Origin: Takakia lepidozioides
Taxonomy: Eukaryota; Plantae; Bryophyta
Assembly (NCBI GenBank): GCA_030704615.1
Contig: CM060735.1
Coordinates: 62,001-126,000 of the forward strand
Direction: 5' to 3'
Length of the DNA stretch: 64,000 bases
Under the pieces are notes generated by a model, which did not search any database, was not told the origin of the DNA, and was given only the letters and a program-made list of their open reading frames with translations. A program made the translations under genes and the position numbers. Positions 1 to 11,283 of this stretch are shown piece after piece (the stretch's first letter is position 1; each line of letters opens with the position of its first letter).

Positions 1-456
1 GCCTTTACAGCTCGGTCTTCGCTTTTTTGGGTTCCCTCTACCCACATCTCGTCATATGCCCTTACGGGCGCACCTCCATATGGAGAAATAGGGGTTTACC
101 ATGTTGTTCCATTAATAGCACCTAACCTATGCCGATTTTTAGGACTGTACTATACCCCGGGGAACTCATGCGGTTTCGACATGCCCAAAATACAAAGGCA
201 AATCCGTTCACAGTTCACAGTCTGTCAAACTATCCAGTCGAGCCCGGAGGCTCGTCCTGGTCATCCTTGACGAGCTTTTAGACATCCGCTTACGGTGTCC
301 CCCCTCAACTCAACCTAGCCCCTAGCTTGGAAGTACGTTGTTCCCAAGGCTTCATACCAAGTCTTTTCAGTAAAGGAAGGCTTGAGTAGGGTCAGGCAGA
401 AACTGTTGCCCGATGGGAACTTTCCCCATATGGCTATTAATGTCTTCATGTCGCAC
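1..456 (-). mobile_element. Group II intron, 5' part (domain I), running off the window; interrupts an rps8-like exon
   Basis: Minus strand begins GTGCGACATGAAG at 456. Shares domain I motifs with the trnS intron (ttgttcccaaggcttcatacc vs ttgttcctagagcttcacacc; gggtttacca). Confidence 0.8.
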
Positions 457-485
457 CTAGATAAAAGATTACTTGATGTATGCAG
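457..485 (-). pseudogene. rps8: Putative rps8 exon 1 (29 nt; start codon reads CTG, with TTG one codon upstream)
   Basis: CTG CAT ACA TCA AGT AAT CTT TTA TCT AG| gives xHT(S>L)SNLLSS, matching the liverwort rps8 N-terminus as recalled. Lies directly downstream of rps14, where rps8 is expected. Confidence 0.55.
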
Positions 486-551
486 CAAGAAAAACTATTT
501 TTTTTTGCTGCGCCCTCTTGGTACTTGCAAAGCTAACCTTTATTCTATTGA

Positions 552-851
552 CTACCAACACGATTTGTTTACGCCTATTAAAGAACCTTTAGATGCTAAT
601 TCACGAGAAACTATACGAGAAACGCGAAATAACTTATATACGGGACGAGGGCGACCTGTGAAAATACATCGGTTTCTTACTCGTGTTTTGGAACCATTTC
701 TTGGCAACTTAGACGACTTTAAAAAATATTCATAACGTATCTGATTAGGAAGGTTTTTATGCCGAGGAATGGCTTTACATTGCATTCGCTCCAATTCATA
801 TTTAGCCACAAGCAATCTACGTGTGTGATCTCGTATAATTTGATTTGACGT
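552..851 (-). CDS. rps14: Ribosomal protein S14 (ACG start edited to AUG; 99 aa)
   Basis: (M)SNQIIRDH...RNRCIFTGRPR...KSCW; ACG at 851-849. Confidence 0.95.
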   Translation of the reverse strand, partial: TSNQIIRDHTRRLLVAKYELERMQCKAIPRHKNLPNQIRYEYFLKSSKLPRNGSKTRVRNRCIFTGRPRPVYKLFRVSRIVSRELASKGSLIGVNKSCW

Positions 852-855
852 ATGA

Positions 856-1416
856 CTAAACCTCTTTTTGCAAAAAGCCACTCCACGAAATGAAAGTCTC
901 ATCTTGTGTGTTGGCTGGAGTAACAATAGTTACATCGAACCCTCGAATATGCTCAAAAATCTCGAAATGATTTTGTATTTCCGGAAATGATCGTAACAAC
1001 GACGTCGCCATTGATGATTGAATGGGGTTTTTTTGTATTTTGACTGGGTAATCGTAAAAAGATATTATCGTAACAAGTTTTTCCGAAAAATTATACATGG
1101 TATACCCTCGTAGAGTGCTTCGTGCTAGGTAAGTGACATATCCTGTGTCTCTCTTTGACTCTCGATTTAGTACAAATTTATTGAATCGAAACGACTTTCC
1201 TGTCGAATCTCTACTTCGTGTCTGTATTAATTTTTGACCACAAACAATCTCCATAGCTAATTTTACATTTTCTATTAAATCAGAGGGTGCCTTTGGAACT
1301 ACTATTATTTTACACAATCTAGGAACTTCCATAATGTTGGCATAATTGAGTTTTAACAACAAATCTTGACGTAATGAATTTTCGTAATGAAAACGGAGTC
1401 TATTTGGAGTGAACAT
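856..1416 (-). CDS. rpl5: Ribosomal protein L5 (186 aa)
   Basis: [13 protein letters not shown]...[21 protein letters not shown]; ATG at 1416. Confidence 0.95.
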   Translation of the reverse strand: MFTPNRLRFHYENSLRQDLLLKLNYANIMEVPRLCKIIVVPKAPSDLIENVKLAMEIVCGQKLIQTRSRDSTGKSFRFNKFVLNRESKRDTGYVTYLARSTLRGYTMYNFSEKLVTIISFYDYPVKIQKNPIQSSMATSLLRSFPEIQNHFEIFEHIRGFDVTIVTPANTQDETFISWSGFLQKEV

Positions 1417-2301
1417 AAGTTGGCTGTGTTTTTTGTATTTTAAGTGAAAACTAATATAAGCACTGTTCACTAGCTGCTTCACGAATAGTGGACTGTTATG
1501 CGCTCTGTTTACGTAGTAAACGGAAGAGCGTAACAGGACGTAGTAGCCAGCTCTTGATTTGCTTCGCGCCCCGAGAAAGCGGAAAAAAATATTTTTTAAC
1601 TTTATCGCAGCAAATATTTTGAATTTTAGCCCGGAAGCCTTGGCGCTTCACCTGGGGATCTTCGACCCCAGCGCCATGCGCTCGATTATATTCGTCCCTA
1701 AACGGAAAAGCTCAGAAAAGAGATGATTGATTCTCTTCTCCGTTTACCCACTTACTTCTCTCCCGACGGGCCGGGCCTGGCAAAGCACATGGGAGCAGGA
1801 AAAGCGCTGTGTGGGACAATGAAACCCGTTGCGCAGTTTCATCTCTCCCACGGTTCACCTGGGAGGTTGCGAACGAAGTGGTCTTGGACCCAAGGCCTTC
1901 GGCCTCAACGCTTTTTTTTTCCTTCCACGCATCTTCTCAGGCTAAAACCACTTCATTCGCATTGCGAATAAATTGTAAGTTGCGCCCTTTTTTCTTCGTT
2001 CCGGAGCCAGGAAGGGGCGCAGCGGAAAAAGCGGCAATAGAATAGATATGGATTTTTTCAGGCTTCTTCTATAAACGGCCCGAAGGGCTATATCCATTGG
2101 GGTCAAAGACCCTGAATTATCTATAATAATTAATCTCTTACCCACTGTGCGGTTTCAGCACTTCCACCGCCCCGACTGCTTGTTCGTTTTTGGGCTGATA
2201 GAGGCCATAAGTCTACAAAGATTTCTGGTCTTTGCCCACTTTCTTCGTTACGCCCCGCGCCTCTCGGCTCGCCCTCGCCTCGGTTTTTTTCTACTAACCA
2301 A

Positions 2302-2709
2302 TTAAAACCACTGAACAAACTTGGTTGACAAACATGGTTTATGCGCTGCTAATGTGGCAGCTTGTTGAGCATTTGACAAACTCACACCATCCATTTCAAA
2401 TGAGATTTGTCCCTCTACCACACGAGCAATCCAACCTGTAGAATTTCCTTTTCCTTTTCCCGTTCTAACTTCGGTAGGTTTACTGGTAATAGGAATATCT
2501 GCGAAAACTCTTACCCATATTCGACCATTTCTTCGAAATTTCCTGCTTGTAGCACGACGCGCTGCTTCAATTGCTTGATATGAAATACGACCAGCTTCAC
2601 AACTTTTCATGCCATATTTTCCGAAACGAAGTTGTGTACCGTCTGCTTCGCAACCCTTAAATCTGCCTTTTTGATATTTACGAAATCTTGTACGTTTTGG
2701 ATATAGCAC
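2302..2709 (-). CDS. rpl16: Ribosomal protein L16 (GTG start; 135 aa)
   Basis: VLYPKRTRFRKYQKG...KPTEVRTGKGKG; GTG at 2709. Confidence 0.93.
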   Translation of the reverse strand: MLYPKRTRFRKYQKGRFKGCEADGTQLRFGKYGMKSCEAGRISYQAIEAARRATSRKFRRNGRIWVRVFADIPITSKPTEVRTGKGKGNSTGWIARVVEGQISFEMDGVSLSNAQQAATLAAHKPCLSTKFVQWF

Positions 2710-2729
2710 AACTTGTCCCTTTTTTTGTG

Positions 2730-4361
2730 TTAGAAATATGAAACCCACACTTTGACACCTAAGATTCCATAAGGAGTAGATGCTTGTGCTTTCGCATAAT
2801 CAATTTGGTCGGAAAATACATGTAAAGATGTTTCACCGTACTTTCTGCATTCAGTTTTAGCTATTTCTGCACCATTTAATCGGCCTGAACAACAAATACG
2901 GATCCCCTTCACATATTGGCATTTTTCAATCTGTTGAAATGTAGATCTACAAATTTGTCGAAATGATTTTTTTTGTTCTGGTTTCCAAGATATTTCTTGA
3001 GCAATTGGAGAAGCACTTTGATAAACAGAAGCTATTTTGACTGGCCTAATTGAGGTATTAGTATTGGTTTGATTAGATAAGAAAGATTGCATTTTTTTCC
3101 GATAATAATAACGACTGAACAGGAATTGAGCTTTCCTACATTCGGCATCCCTTAAAACCAAGGGGGCACCGAAATCCAATATGGACCAGGGTTGACGAAT
3201 TGACTCCTTGCTTTTTATTATGCAATTACTAGGTAATGGCCTGCCTTGCTCTTGATGGGTTGGAAAACGAAGCCTCAAAAGGCTCTGTTTGCGCAACCAG
3301 TGGAGGGCATTTTGGTGTGGGAACGTTAGTGCCCGGGCAGAGCTTGGAAGCGCCATGCGCAGGGCTAAAAGCTCTTCTGCGCTCCGCTTCTTCGTTCCTC
3401 CGAAACCACCACTCTTTTCGGAGAAAAGCCGAACTGAATAAGCCGTTTGGCTGTTCAAGTCGGGTTTATTTCTTCTCGCAAAGCCCACTTCATTCGCTTG
3501 ACGAATGAAGCGGGTGGAACCCCATAAAGCTTCGACATAGGAGCCTTGCTCGGTCTTGACCGTATAGGTTAAGCTTTCTCTTCTCGAACAAAAGCTTTTA
3601 TTCAAGAGAAGAGAACGCATTATTCTCTCCAAGCTGTCCCCCTGTTTCTCCGCTTCCCCCATCGTAGATGTTTCAGCTACGCTCCGTGCCACCAAATCGG
3701 AAACTATTTCAACAATAGGATCAAATTTAATTTGGTTCTTTAGATGAAAGAAGTATTGCATGACCAAATGATTCAAGGGAGCACGCACAGCTGCGAAGAC
3801 GGTCTGTGGAAATACGTCGCTAATTCGACGGAAAGGCCCGAAACGAGAGAACGCATAGCTTTCTTCCGACGTTCTTCTGTCATTATTCCCCAAAAGCGCG
3901 TCTTTCCAACTTAAGCTTGAAGAAGTAGAGTGTTTGGAGGCCATCCAACCGCTGACTCGAAGTAATTGATCAATCTCGTGTATTGATGGTAACCGATCGG
4001 GGTATCCATAGCGTTTTTTGGGCCAAATTTTGACCTCGTTTCGCTGTATCTCTGTACCGTCGTCAATACGCCTAATCAACTTGACAGATTGTATTGCCCC
4101 AAGGCCTTTATGTCTTGATTGGCTAAGTCGATCCGGAGAAGATACGTGAACGAATGTCCTTTTAGGGAAATGATGAATAATAAACCTACCGAGACGAAAG
4201 CCAAACGTGTTTCCCGTAGGTGGACGTATTGAACCAAAATAATCTCTAAAATTTACATCTTGATACAACAATTTTCCGTAGTAATAATCACTAAACCGAC
4301 TTGAATCTGAACTACGATTCAGATTTAGTCTGACTGAAATCGGATTTACTTTTTGCGCCAT
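2730..4361 (-). CDS. rps3: Ribosomal protein S3 (intronless, 543 aa)
   Basis: MAQKVNPISVRLNLNR...GIRICCSGRLNGAEIAKTE...GILGVKVWVSY. Confidence 0.96.
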   Translation of the reverse strand: MAQKVNPISVRLNLNRSSDSSRFSDYYYGKLLYQDVNFRDYFGSIRPPTGNTFGFRLGRFIIHHFPKRTFVHVSSPDRLSQSRHKGLGAIQSVKLIRRIDDGTEIQRNEVKIWPKKRYGYPDRLPSIHEIDQLLRVSGWMASKHSTSSSLSWKDALLGNNDRRTSEESYAFSRFGPFRRISDVFPQTVFAAVRAPLNHLVMQYFFHLKNQIKFDPIVEIVSDLVARSVAETSTMGEAEKQGDSLERIMRSLLLNKSFCSRRESLTYTVKTEQGSYVEALWGSTRFIRQANEVGFARRNKPDLNSQTAYSVRLFSEKSGGFGGTKKRSAEELLALRMALPSSARALTFPHQNALHWLRKQSLLRLRFPTHQEQGRPLPSNCIIKSKESIRQPWSILDFGAPLVLRDAECRKAQFLFSRYYYRKKMQSFLSNQTNTNTSIRPVKIASVYQSASPIAQEISWKPEQKKSFRQICRSTFQQIEKCQYVKGIRICCSGRLNGAEIAKTECRKYGETSLHVFSDQIDYAKAQASTPYGILGVKVWVSYF

Positions 4362-4364
4362 AGT

Positions 4365-4649
4365 TTACTGTCGTACCTTCTTTTTTGGTTTGATTTTGGT
4401 TCTCGAGGGCGAGGCTCTCTTCCCAGAGGAAGAGGGTTTCCGTGTAGAAGCAAACTCTCCAAATTTATGACCAACCATTTCTTCAGTAATCTTTGAACCA
4501 ACAAAACCTTTTCCGTTACAAATTTGTGCATAGCAACCAACAAATTGAGGCAAAATACAAGATCTACGTGACCGAATTATCCACCTGATCTTTTTTCGCT
4601 TGAACAAGCAAGCATCCACAAAAGGGCCTTTCCATACAGATCGTGTCGT
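4365..4649 (-). CDS. rps19: Ribosomal protein S19 (ACG start)
   Basis: (M)[11 protein letters not shown]...[16 protein letters not shown]; ACG at 4649. Confidence 0.93.
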   Translation of the reverse strand, partial: TTRSVWKGPFVDACLFKRKKIRWIIRSRRSCILPQFVGCYAQICNGKGFVGSKITEEMVGHKFGEFASTRKPSSSGKRASPSRTKIKPKKKVRQ

Positions 4650-4652
4650 AAA

Positions 4653-6134
4653 CTGATTTATGCGTTTTCTTACTACTGTTTTAAATCCACCTTTGGCGGG
4701 CTTTCCCCAAGGCGATACCGAAGGTCTACCTCCTTTCGTGCGTCCTTCACCTCCTCCATGAGGATGATCAACCGGATTCATAGCAACACCCCGAACGATG
4801 GGGCGTCTGCCTAACCACCGGCTTTGTCCCGCTTTGTCAAGCTTACGCTTACCATGATGAAGATTGGACACTATACCGATGGTAGCTCGGCATCGGGAAT
4901 CTATGAGTTTGTCAACACCCGAAGGTAACCGCACGATACATTGTGGTGTATTCTCAAATTTTTTAATTATTTGAGCAAAGGTTCCTGCAGCTCGAATCAA
5001 CTTTGCGCCTTGACCTGGATTCCATTCAATATTATGTACCCACGTGCCTATAGGTATATTAGCCAATGATATGCAATTTCCTACCATTTGATAATATGAA
5101 TCAAGTCTGTATTTATTCTCACTAGAAGCGTAGTCTCCACCGGGGCGTCGCCAAGAGGCGGCCTGGCTACTCCACACGGGCTCTTCCACCCCAAGGGAGC
5201 ACCTTTGGCCTTCATTCGCTGTGCGAACAAAGTGGTCCTGGAACCGAAGGTCTTTATGGGCTATCGAATTATGGGAAGATTGATGGTGGTTGAACGAGGT
5301 CGAAGGTTTAGACCAATCACAATTCATCACCGTCTTGCCAGCTTCCAATTGATCACTAGCTGATATATGAGTGAAAGGTGCACGATCTACTTTGCCCGCT
5401 TCAACCTTCGGTCTCTCTTCGCTATGCTCAGGTTCGAAAAAAACAAATAGATTTTTATTTCTATGCGCAGCAAAAGAATCGGTTCTCTTTTTGAGCCAAG
5501 AAAGCGCTTTGCGTTCGATTCTCTGCGCCCATAGAACGCTATGCGTTCTCCACCTTCGGCCTTCGCTTCGAGAGAACGTATTCTCTTCTCTGAAGTCTTT
5601 CATTCGCGAAGCAAAGAAAGCGGGCTTTGCCCCAGCTACAGCTATCCTGGGTAAACCAAGAAAGCTACCGAAAGGGCCTAAAGTTGCAGCCTCTCCCTTT
5701 GCCTTTGTTGGAGAAGAAAGGGCAGAGAAGAAAACGTATTTTCTTCTCTGAGCTTTCCTGGGCAGAGAAGAAAACGAAAATAAGGGGCCGGAAAAAAAAA
5801 GATTTTTTTCTCTTCGACCAATAAAACGCCAAGCGTTTTCTTCTCTTCGACTATTCGCTTTAGAAAGTGCAAAGCGCTTTTCAGGGCGTAGCACCCCTTC
5901 GATCCATCGTACTAAAGCAATCCAAGAAGAACGATTCGGGTCATATTCGATTCTTTCTACAACGCCCATAGACGAAGTGCTTCGTTGAAAATCAATTCTT
6001 CGATGCAATCGCTTCGATCCACCTCCTCGGTGAAAAACGGTAATACGCCCTGATGAATTTCTCCCAGCAGACCTCCTCTTTGAACCAAAAGTTAATTGTT
6101 TTAGTGCTTTTCCCTTCCAGCAACTATTTATCGT
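4653..6134 (-). CDS. rpl2: Ribosomal protein L2 (ACG start; stop made by CAG>UAG editing; 493 aa)
   Basis: (M)[58 protein letters not shown]; ACG at 6134, CAG at 4655-4653. Confidence 0.93.
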
Positions 6135-6731
6135 GGTGTATTTGCCTTTTTTATTTCATTTGAAGTATCAATGACATCGAAAAACTGAATGTACCGTAGG
6201 TACACTTCTTCGATTGTCAGCGTCATCAATCATCTACGATGATTGATCGCTTCGCGCCTAGCCGTAAGATGTATCACGTAAGATGATGATGCTATTCATA
6301 AAGGGGCCTTCGGCCCGTGGTTGGCTCTACGGGCAACCGCAGTGGGAATAAAGTCTTCCCTGCCAATCAACTGCGTAGGTGCTATGATCTCGTACGGAAG
6401 CTAAGCACACCAAGTGTGCATCACGTTTGTTTATGTGGACACTATAAGGATCCGGGGTTAGTTTTGTTGGAAGCTGGCCCATAAACCGAACAAGAGCAAA
6501 TTTAAACATGGCGCGAGCATAAATATTTATTTCTGATCCGCGCATGTTACGCAATACAACATCGTAGATTTGGTAGCCCTTCGGCCTCGATTCAATTATA
6601 TGTAGTGCTACGCCCTTGAAAAAAGCGGACACTTTGTGATTCTGTACTTTTATAAATAAATAAGGACTTCCCGGACTTCGAAGCAATTTGACTAGGGTTT
6701 GCCGACTTTATTCACTTTATTCAAACGGGTT

Positions 6732-7016
6732 TTATAATTTAGAATAAGATGGAATTTTAGATTGAACTCCGAGTAGATCCTGGAGTTTTAACCAATGTGA
6801 CTTTTCGCGCAATTTAGGCGTTTTCGTTTCTATGACCAGCCATTTTTTATGCATTCTCATTTCAGATCGTTCTTCGGACTTCTTATCAATATGAGGTGAT
6901 CGTAACACTGTATATAAGATCTGTTTCTCAGGCGATCCAATCTCGCGTGTGTCGAGCAGATGCCCTGGCCTTTGATTCTCAGAAGATTTAATAACGATGT
7001 CTGTTTCGGCAGTCGT
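6732..7016 (-). CDS. rps10: Ribosomal protein S10, open frame with ACG start (94 aa), possibly decaying
   Basis: Hand translation: (M)TAETDIVIKSSENQRPGHLLDTREIGSPEKQILYTVLRSPHIDKKSEERSEMRMHKKWLVIETKTPKLREKSHWLKLQDLLGVQSKIPSYSKL*; upstream of rpl2. Confidence 0.8.
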   Translation of the reverse strand, partial: TTAETDIVIKSSENQRPGHLLDTREIGSPEKQILYTVLRSPHIDKKSEERSEMRMHKKWLVIETKTPKLREKSHWLKLQDLLGVQSKIPSYSKL

Positions 7017-7446
7017 TCCACAATTAGTGCTTTTTCTAGGCCATTACGTAGTAATGGCATAATCCTGATGGTTTTATGGGCCGCGGGCGCTTTCATCGTT
7101 CCACCCCGCCCCATCATTCGCTATGCCGGGGGTAAAGCAGGGAAGATAATTCCAAAATATATATATATATATTTTTTTTTTTGCTGCGCCCTGCGACCTT
7201 CGCAAGCTTCTTCTCTCTGTCTCCAGAGGAGAGCTGCGCCCCTTGTTCGTTTTGCGAACAAAGTGCGTAGCTCTGGAGAGGAAAAGCGTAAATTGCGCGC
7301 ATCCCGTAGCAATTCACCACCATGTATATACCTCTCCGCAAGCTACGTTGATGAATCATCATAGATGATTCATCGACGTTCCGAGTTTCGCGGGAAAGCT
7401 ATTTTTTGACTCGATAAAGCTATGGTCCTACCTGTGCATAGTCCTA

Positions 7447-10400
7447 TTATCTATCTACCTCTCCAGACACAATATCTTGAGTACCAATGATGGTGACAAC
7501 ATCTGCTGGCATGTGATGTTTGGACATGAAATCGGGTCCCTGTAAATGAGCAAAACCAGGTGCTCTTATTTTGCAACGATAAGGACGATTGGTTCCATTA
7601 CTGACTGGAAACGCACCAAATTCTCCTTTAGGTGCTTCTGCTGCGGTGTAGGTAGAAGAAGCTGGTACAGAAACACCTTCTGTATAAAGTTTAAAATGGT
7701 GAATTGAAGATTCCATGGATTGTTTCATTTGAGATCGTGACGGGGGGCATAGCTTACGATCATCGGCTTTAATCATGCCACTAGGCATTTGATTAGGACG
7801 TTGCATAATGATTCGAATACTTTGCCGCATCTCTCCGATACGAATACAATAACGATCATAACGATCTCCTCTGGTACCTACAGGTACGTCGAAATCCGAT
7901 TGGTTATAAACATCGTAAGGTGCTGATTTTCGCGAATCCCGGCATACCCCTGAGCCTCTTAACATCACACCACTGAATCCCCAATCCAAGGCTTGCTGTG
8001 CAGTGACAGTACCAATATCCACTAATCGTTGTTTCCGGATACGATTGTTGGTTAACATTTCTTCTATTTCGTCAATACGAGAAGCAAATTGTTGTGTAAA
8101 TATAAAAATATCTTCACTTAAGCCCAAAGGCATATCTTGTGCCACTCCGCCTGGTCGTATGTAACTGGCATGCATCCTGGCTCCCGAAACTCTTTCGTAG
8201 AATTCTAAAAGTTTTTCTCGCTCTTCAAAAGCCCACAGGAACGGAGTTAATGCTCCCACATCCATAGCATGAGTAGTTAAAGCAAGTAAATGATTTAAAA
8301 TTCGAGTTATTTCACGAAATAACACTCGTATGTACTGAGCTCGTAATGGTACCTCACAATTACAAAGTCTCTCTACAGCTGAAGAATAAGCATGTTCTTG
8401 GGCCATCATAGAAACATAAATAGAGTCGAAATTCATTGATGCCAGCTATGCTGTACACGTTCACTCGCATCACATACACAAGTGCTCTCCGAACCGTGCG
8501 AGGTGGTCACCCATCACACGGCTCTCCAACTTGAGTTACCCTAGGTTTTGGATCCCCAGGCCGAGGGCGCAGCGTCACAATGGTTGAGTTTTCGCCTTCA
8601 GAATTACTTCCATCCAAGAGCTTCTGGGTGACAAAGGTTTGGTTTGAAGAAAGCGCCTGCCTGGTTTATGCGCCAGCAAACGAATAGGCGACGAACCAAA
8701 TATTAAAGGACTTCCTTCGTTCCCTGGAAGTCGTACATTCCGGCTTAATCTCCGAAGGGTATGGAGTAGACTGGCCAAAAAAAAAATATATTTTTTTTCC
8801 CCCCTACGGGTTTTGACTAGCCTTCTCCGCACCGCTCAAGTGTGCGACGTCAGTTCGCCGATTTAGGCCCCTTCCCCTCTGCCTCATAGCGGCACTCTCC
8901 GTTCACACGGTTCTCGGAGCGAAGGGTAGGCAGCAGGTACTACGAGCCCTCTGTCCCACGCATCTATCCAGAAGGATGCGTGGTTCACCGGTTCCACCGA
9001 ATGCTCCTATCTCTCTACGAGATCGTGTGAGTGTGTGGTTATGCTTCAGATGCTTTGCTATATTCATATTGAATCCCAGTTTCCGTTTTTATTCTCGGTG
9101 CACTCGCTTTAGATCTTCGACACACAAGGAGAGACGTTGTGGGGGGAGGCTGGACCCAGTACGCGCCAGAAAAAAAAATATTTTGGGGATACAGCAGCCA
9201 ATAGATATTTTTTTTCGCTTCGCGCCTCTTCTTCCCTTCCGCCCCACCTGGTTGTCTTTACGAAAAAAGGCCGGGGGAATAAGAAGCAAGCTTATTCTCT
9301 TCCCGGCCCAGCACGTCCGGCTGATCATTCCGCTGGCATCTCTCATTCACGATACTCCCCGTTTAACTGCCACTCCGGGATGTAGTTGGAGATACGCCAA
9401 GAGTTGGCTATTCCCAGTTATCTCCTTTTACGACATGCTGTTATCGTCGCCATGTTCTCTCTATATGTCGATTAGTCGTATCTGCTTTGCTGCGGGTCTC
9501 TGCAGCACCTCCATTTTGGAGGAGTTCATTCGGTGACTTCGCGGTCGCCCTCTAAACGATCAGAATGAGGTAAAGCTTGAAGATACGTTTTATACTCGAT
9601 TAATTTCTCTGTGCCTCTAGTTGGGTAGGCGCCGGTCTTTCGGCCAGAACCTCCCTAAGAACCGTACGTGCAAGTCTCCCCGCATACGGCTCACGCCATT
9701 TATTATTTATTACAGGTGGCCCAACATTCGAAGGAATAAAAAAAAAAGACCTGAGGCCTGCGAAAAAAAAAAGATATATATATGCTGCGCCCTGCGGCCT
9801 GTTTGGTAGCTCGGAAATGCGCTTGCGTAAATTGGAGACTGCTTGTTGCAACTCCGTTCCAGTTCCTGAAATTCTAGGAAGTGTAGGCAGCGCTGTCTGT
9901 CGTACTGTCAACCTGCGGCCTTGGCCCCACGGCCCTACGGTCCAACCACAGTGGGGGACTACGGGCTACCCATTCTCACTTCCTCCTTCAGCTCCCATTC
10001 GAATCTCTCCATTTCCGTTGGATGACCCGGCCTCCCTGGCTTGACCTTCCGGTTATGTTCCTGCAGCTCCACCGGTTCCCCCCCGGTTTCCCCGTCGCTG
10101 GTATTTTCCCGTATGCTTTCGACGCAGGCCTTACCCCCTACGGCCTGTGTCTTCGCTGGATAGTATTTGCCGGTAGTGCCATCCTACCCGACCTGATTTT
10201 TTGGTTTGTCCCTTGCGGTTAGCCTACCCATTCCAGGACCAAATTGAGGTTGAAATAGGACCCCAGGCCGGTTACACGTTCCGCTGTGCCGAGATGCGGA
10301 GGGGGCTGGCCGTGATAATCACCCCGGGGGAATACGCGTGCGTCCTTGACGGGCACTCCAGGACCCGCCGACGCGTTCTCGTTTCCGAAAAACCCCAGCG

Positions 10401-10818
10401 GTTGGCTTGTGAGTCAACCACAGTGGGGGACTAACTACTAAAGTCCCCCCATTCATCTCTGTTGAGACCTCCAGTGTGGATAACGAGGCCACCTTCACGA
10501 CCTTCTCCCTTCTTTCCCTTGGGCGATTTGCCTCACTTGAGTTGCCCGACAAACCGCCTTTTGCCCGGTGCTTATGACGCGGAAGTTGCCTCCACGCGCC
10601 ACCCGTGCCAGGGAACAAGCGGGACATAGCTAGCGGCATAGGATATGCCGACTCGGCGTCAGCGGCTTCGTGCCGCACTGAAGTAATCCAATATGCGGTT
10701 CCGCGCGTTCTACAACTTCTCCATTCATTTCCGATACCGATCGTAAAACACCATGAGCAGCAGGATGTTGAGGTCCAGAATTCGAAGTGAAATTCTTGAT
10801 TTGTTTGGTTTTAGCCAT
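7447..10818 (-). CDS. nad7: NADH dehydrogenase subunit 7; exons 10818-10679, 9619-9551, 8419-7447 (1182 nt, 393 aa)
   Basis: [12 protein letters not shown]; [11 protein letters not shown]; EAPKGEFG; the exon lengths sum to an intact frame. Confidence 0.96.
8420..9550 (-). mobile_element. Group II intron nad7i209
   Basis: GGGCGACC 5' end; domain V near 8490-8525; ends CTCTAT. Confidence 0.92.
9620..10678 (-). mobile_element. Group II intron nad7i140
   Basis: GTGCGG...domain V GAGCCGTATGCGGGGAGACTTGCACGTACGGTTC...CCCAAC. Confidence 0.93.
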
Positions 10819-10841
10819 ATCTAATCATTTTTTTTCCACAG

Positions 10842-10914
10842 AGCCTACGACCGGACTTGAACCGGAGACCTTTCCCTTACCATGGGAACGCTCTACCATC
10901 TGAGCTACGCGGGC
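10842..10914 (-). tRNA. trnT: tRNA-Thr(GGU)
   Basis: Cloverleaf; anticodon arm TTCCC-ATGGTAA-GGGAA; C4:A69 mismatch correctable by editing. Confidence 0.92.
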
Positions 10915-11208
10915 CAACATCAACATATAGCCACTGTTCTTATTATTAAGAAGAAAACCGTAATTAAAGCCAAGAGCTGGCTCAATCTACGATGTTTTTG
11001 TTTCTCGGCTTGGCTGCTTCGCAGCCTGAAGGCTTGTGGAACCAAAAAATCGCTTTGCGAAGCGGGGCGCAGAAATGTAAAATATGGGGCACAGCTGCCC
11101 GCGGGCTTTGGGGCGAGGCATAACGAGATCTCCCGCAGGTGTTATAAAGCGTCATTCATCCAAGCACTTATGCTTTTTTTTTCACAGTAGGTAGATTACT
11201 CGTTCATT

Positions 11209-11281
11209 TGGAGACGATCGGATTTGAACCGACAGCTTCATGCTTGCAAAACATGCGCTCTACCGATTGAACTACGTCCCC
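11209..11281 (-). tRNA. trnA: tRNA-Ala(UGC)
   Basis: GGGGACG...anticodon TGC...GGTTCAAATCC...CGTCTCCA. Confidence 0.93.
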
Positions 11282-11283
11282 TA

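Noticed and set aside
4365-6008. 547-aa ORF as a single novel protein
   Set aside because: It is rpl2 plus rps19 read through an editable CAG, and the true rpl2 start is the upstream ACG at 6134.
8575-10790. Many short ORFs within or antisense to introns and genes (here and throughout)
   Set aside because: They have no recognisable domains and are shadows of genes or of GC-rich intron domain I sequence with KKKYIFF-type repeat translations.
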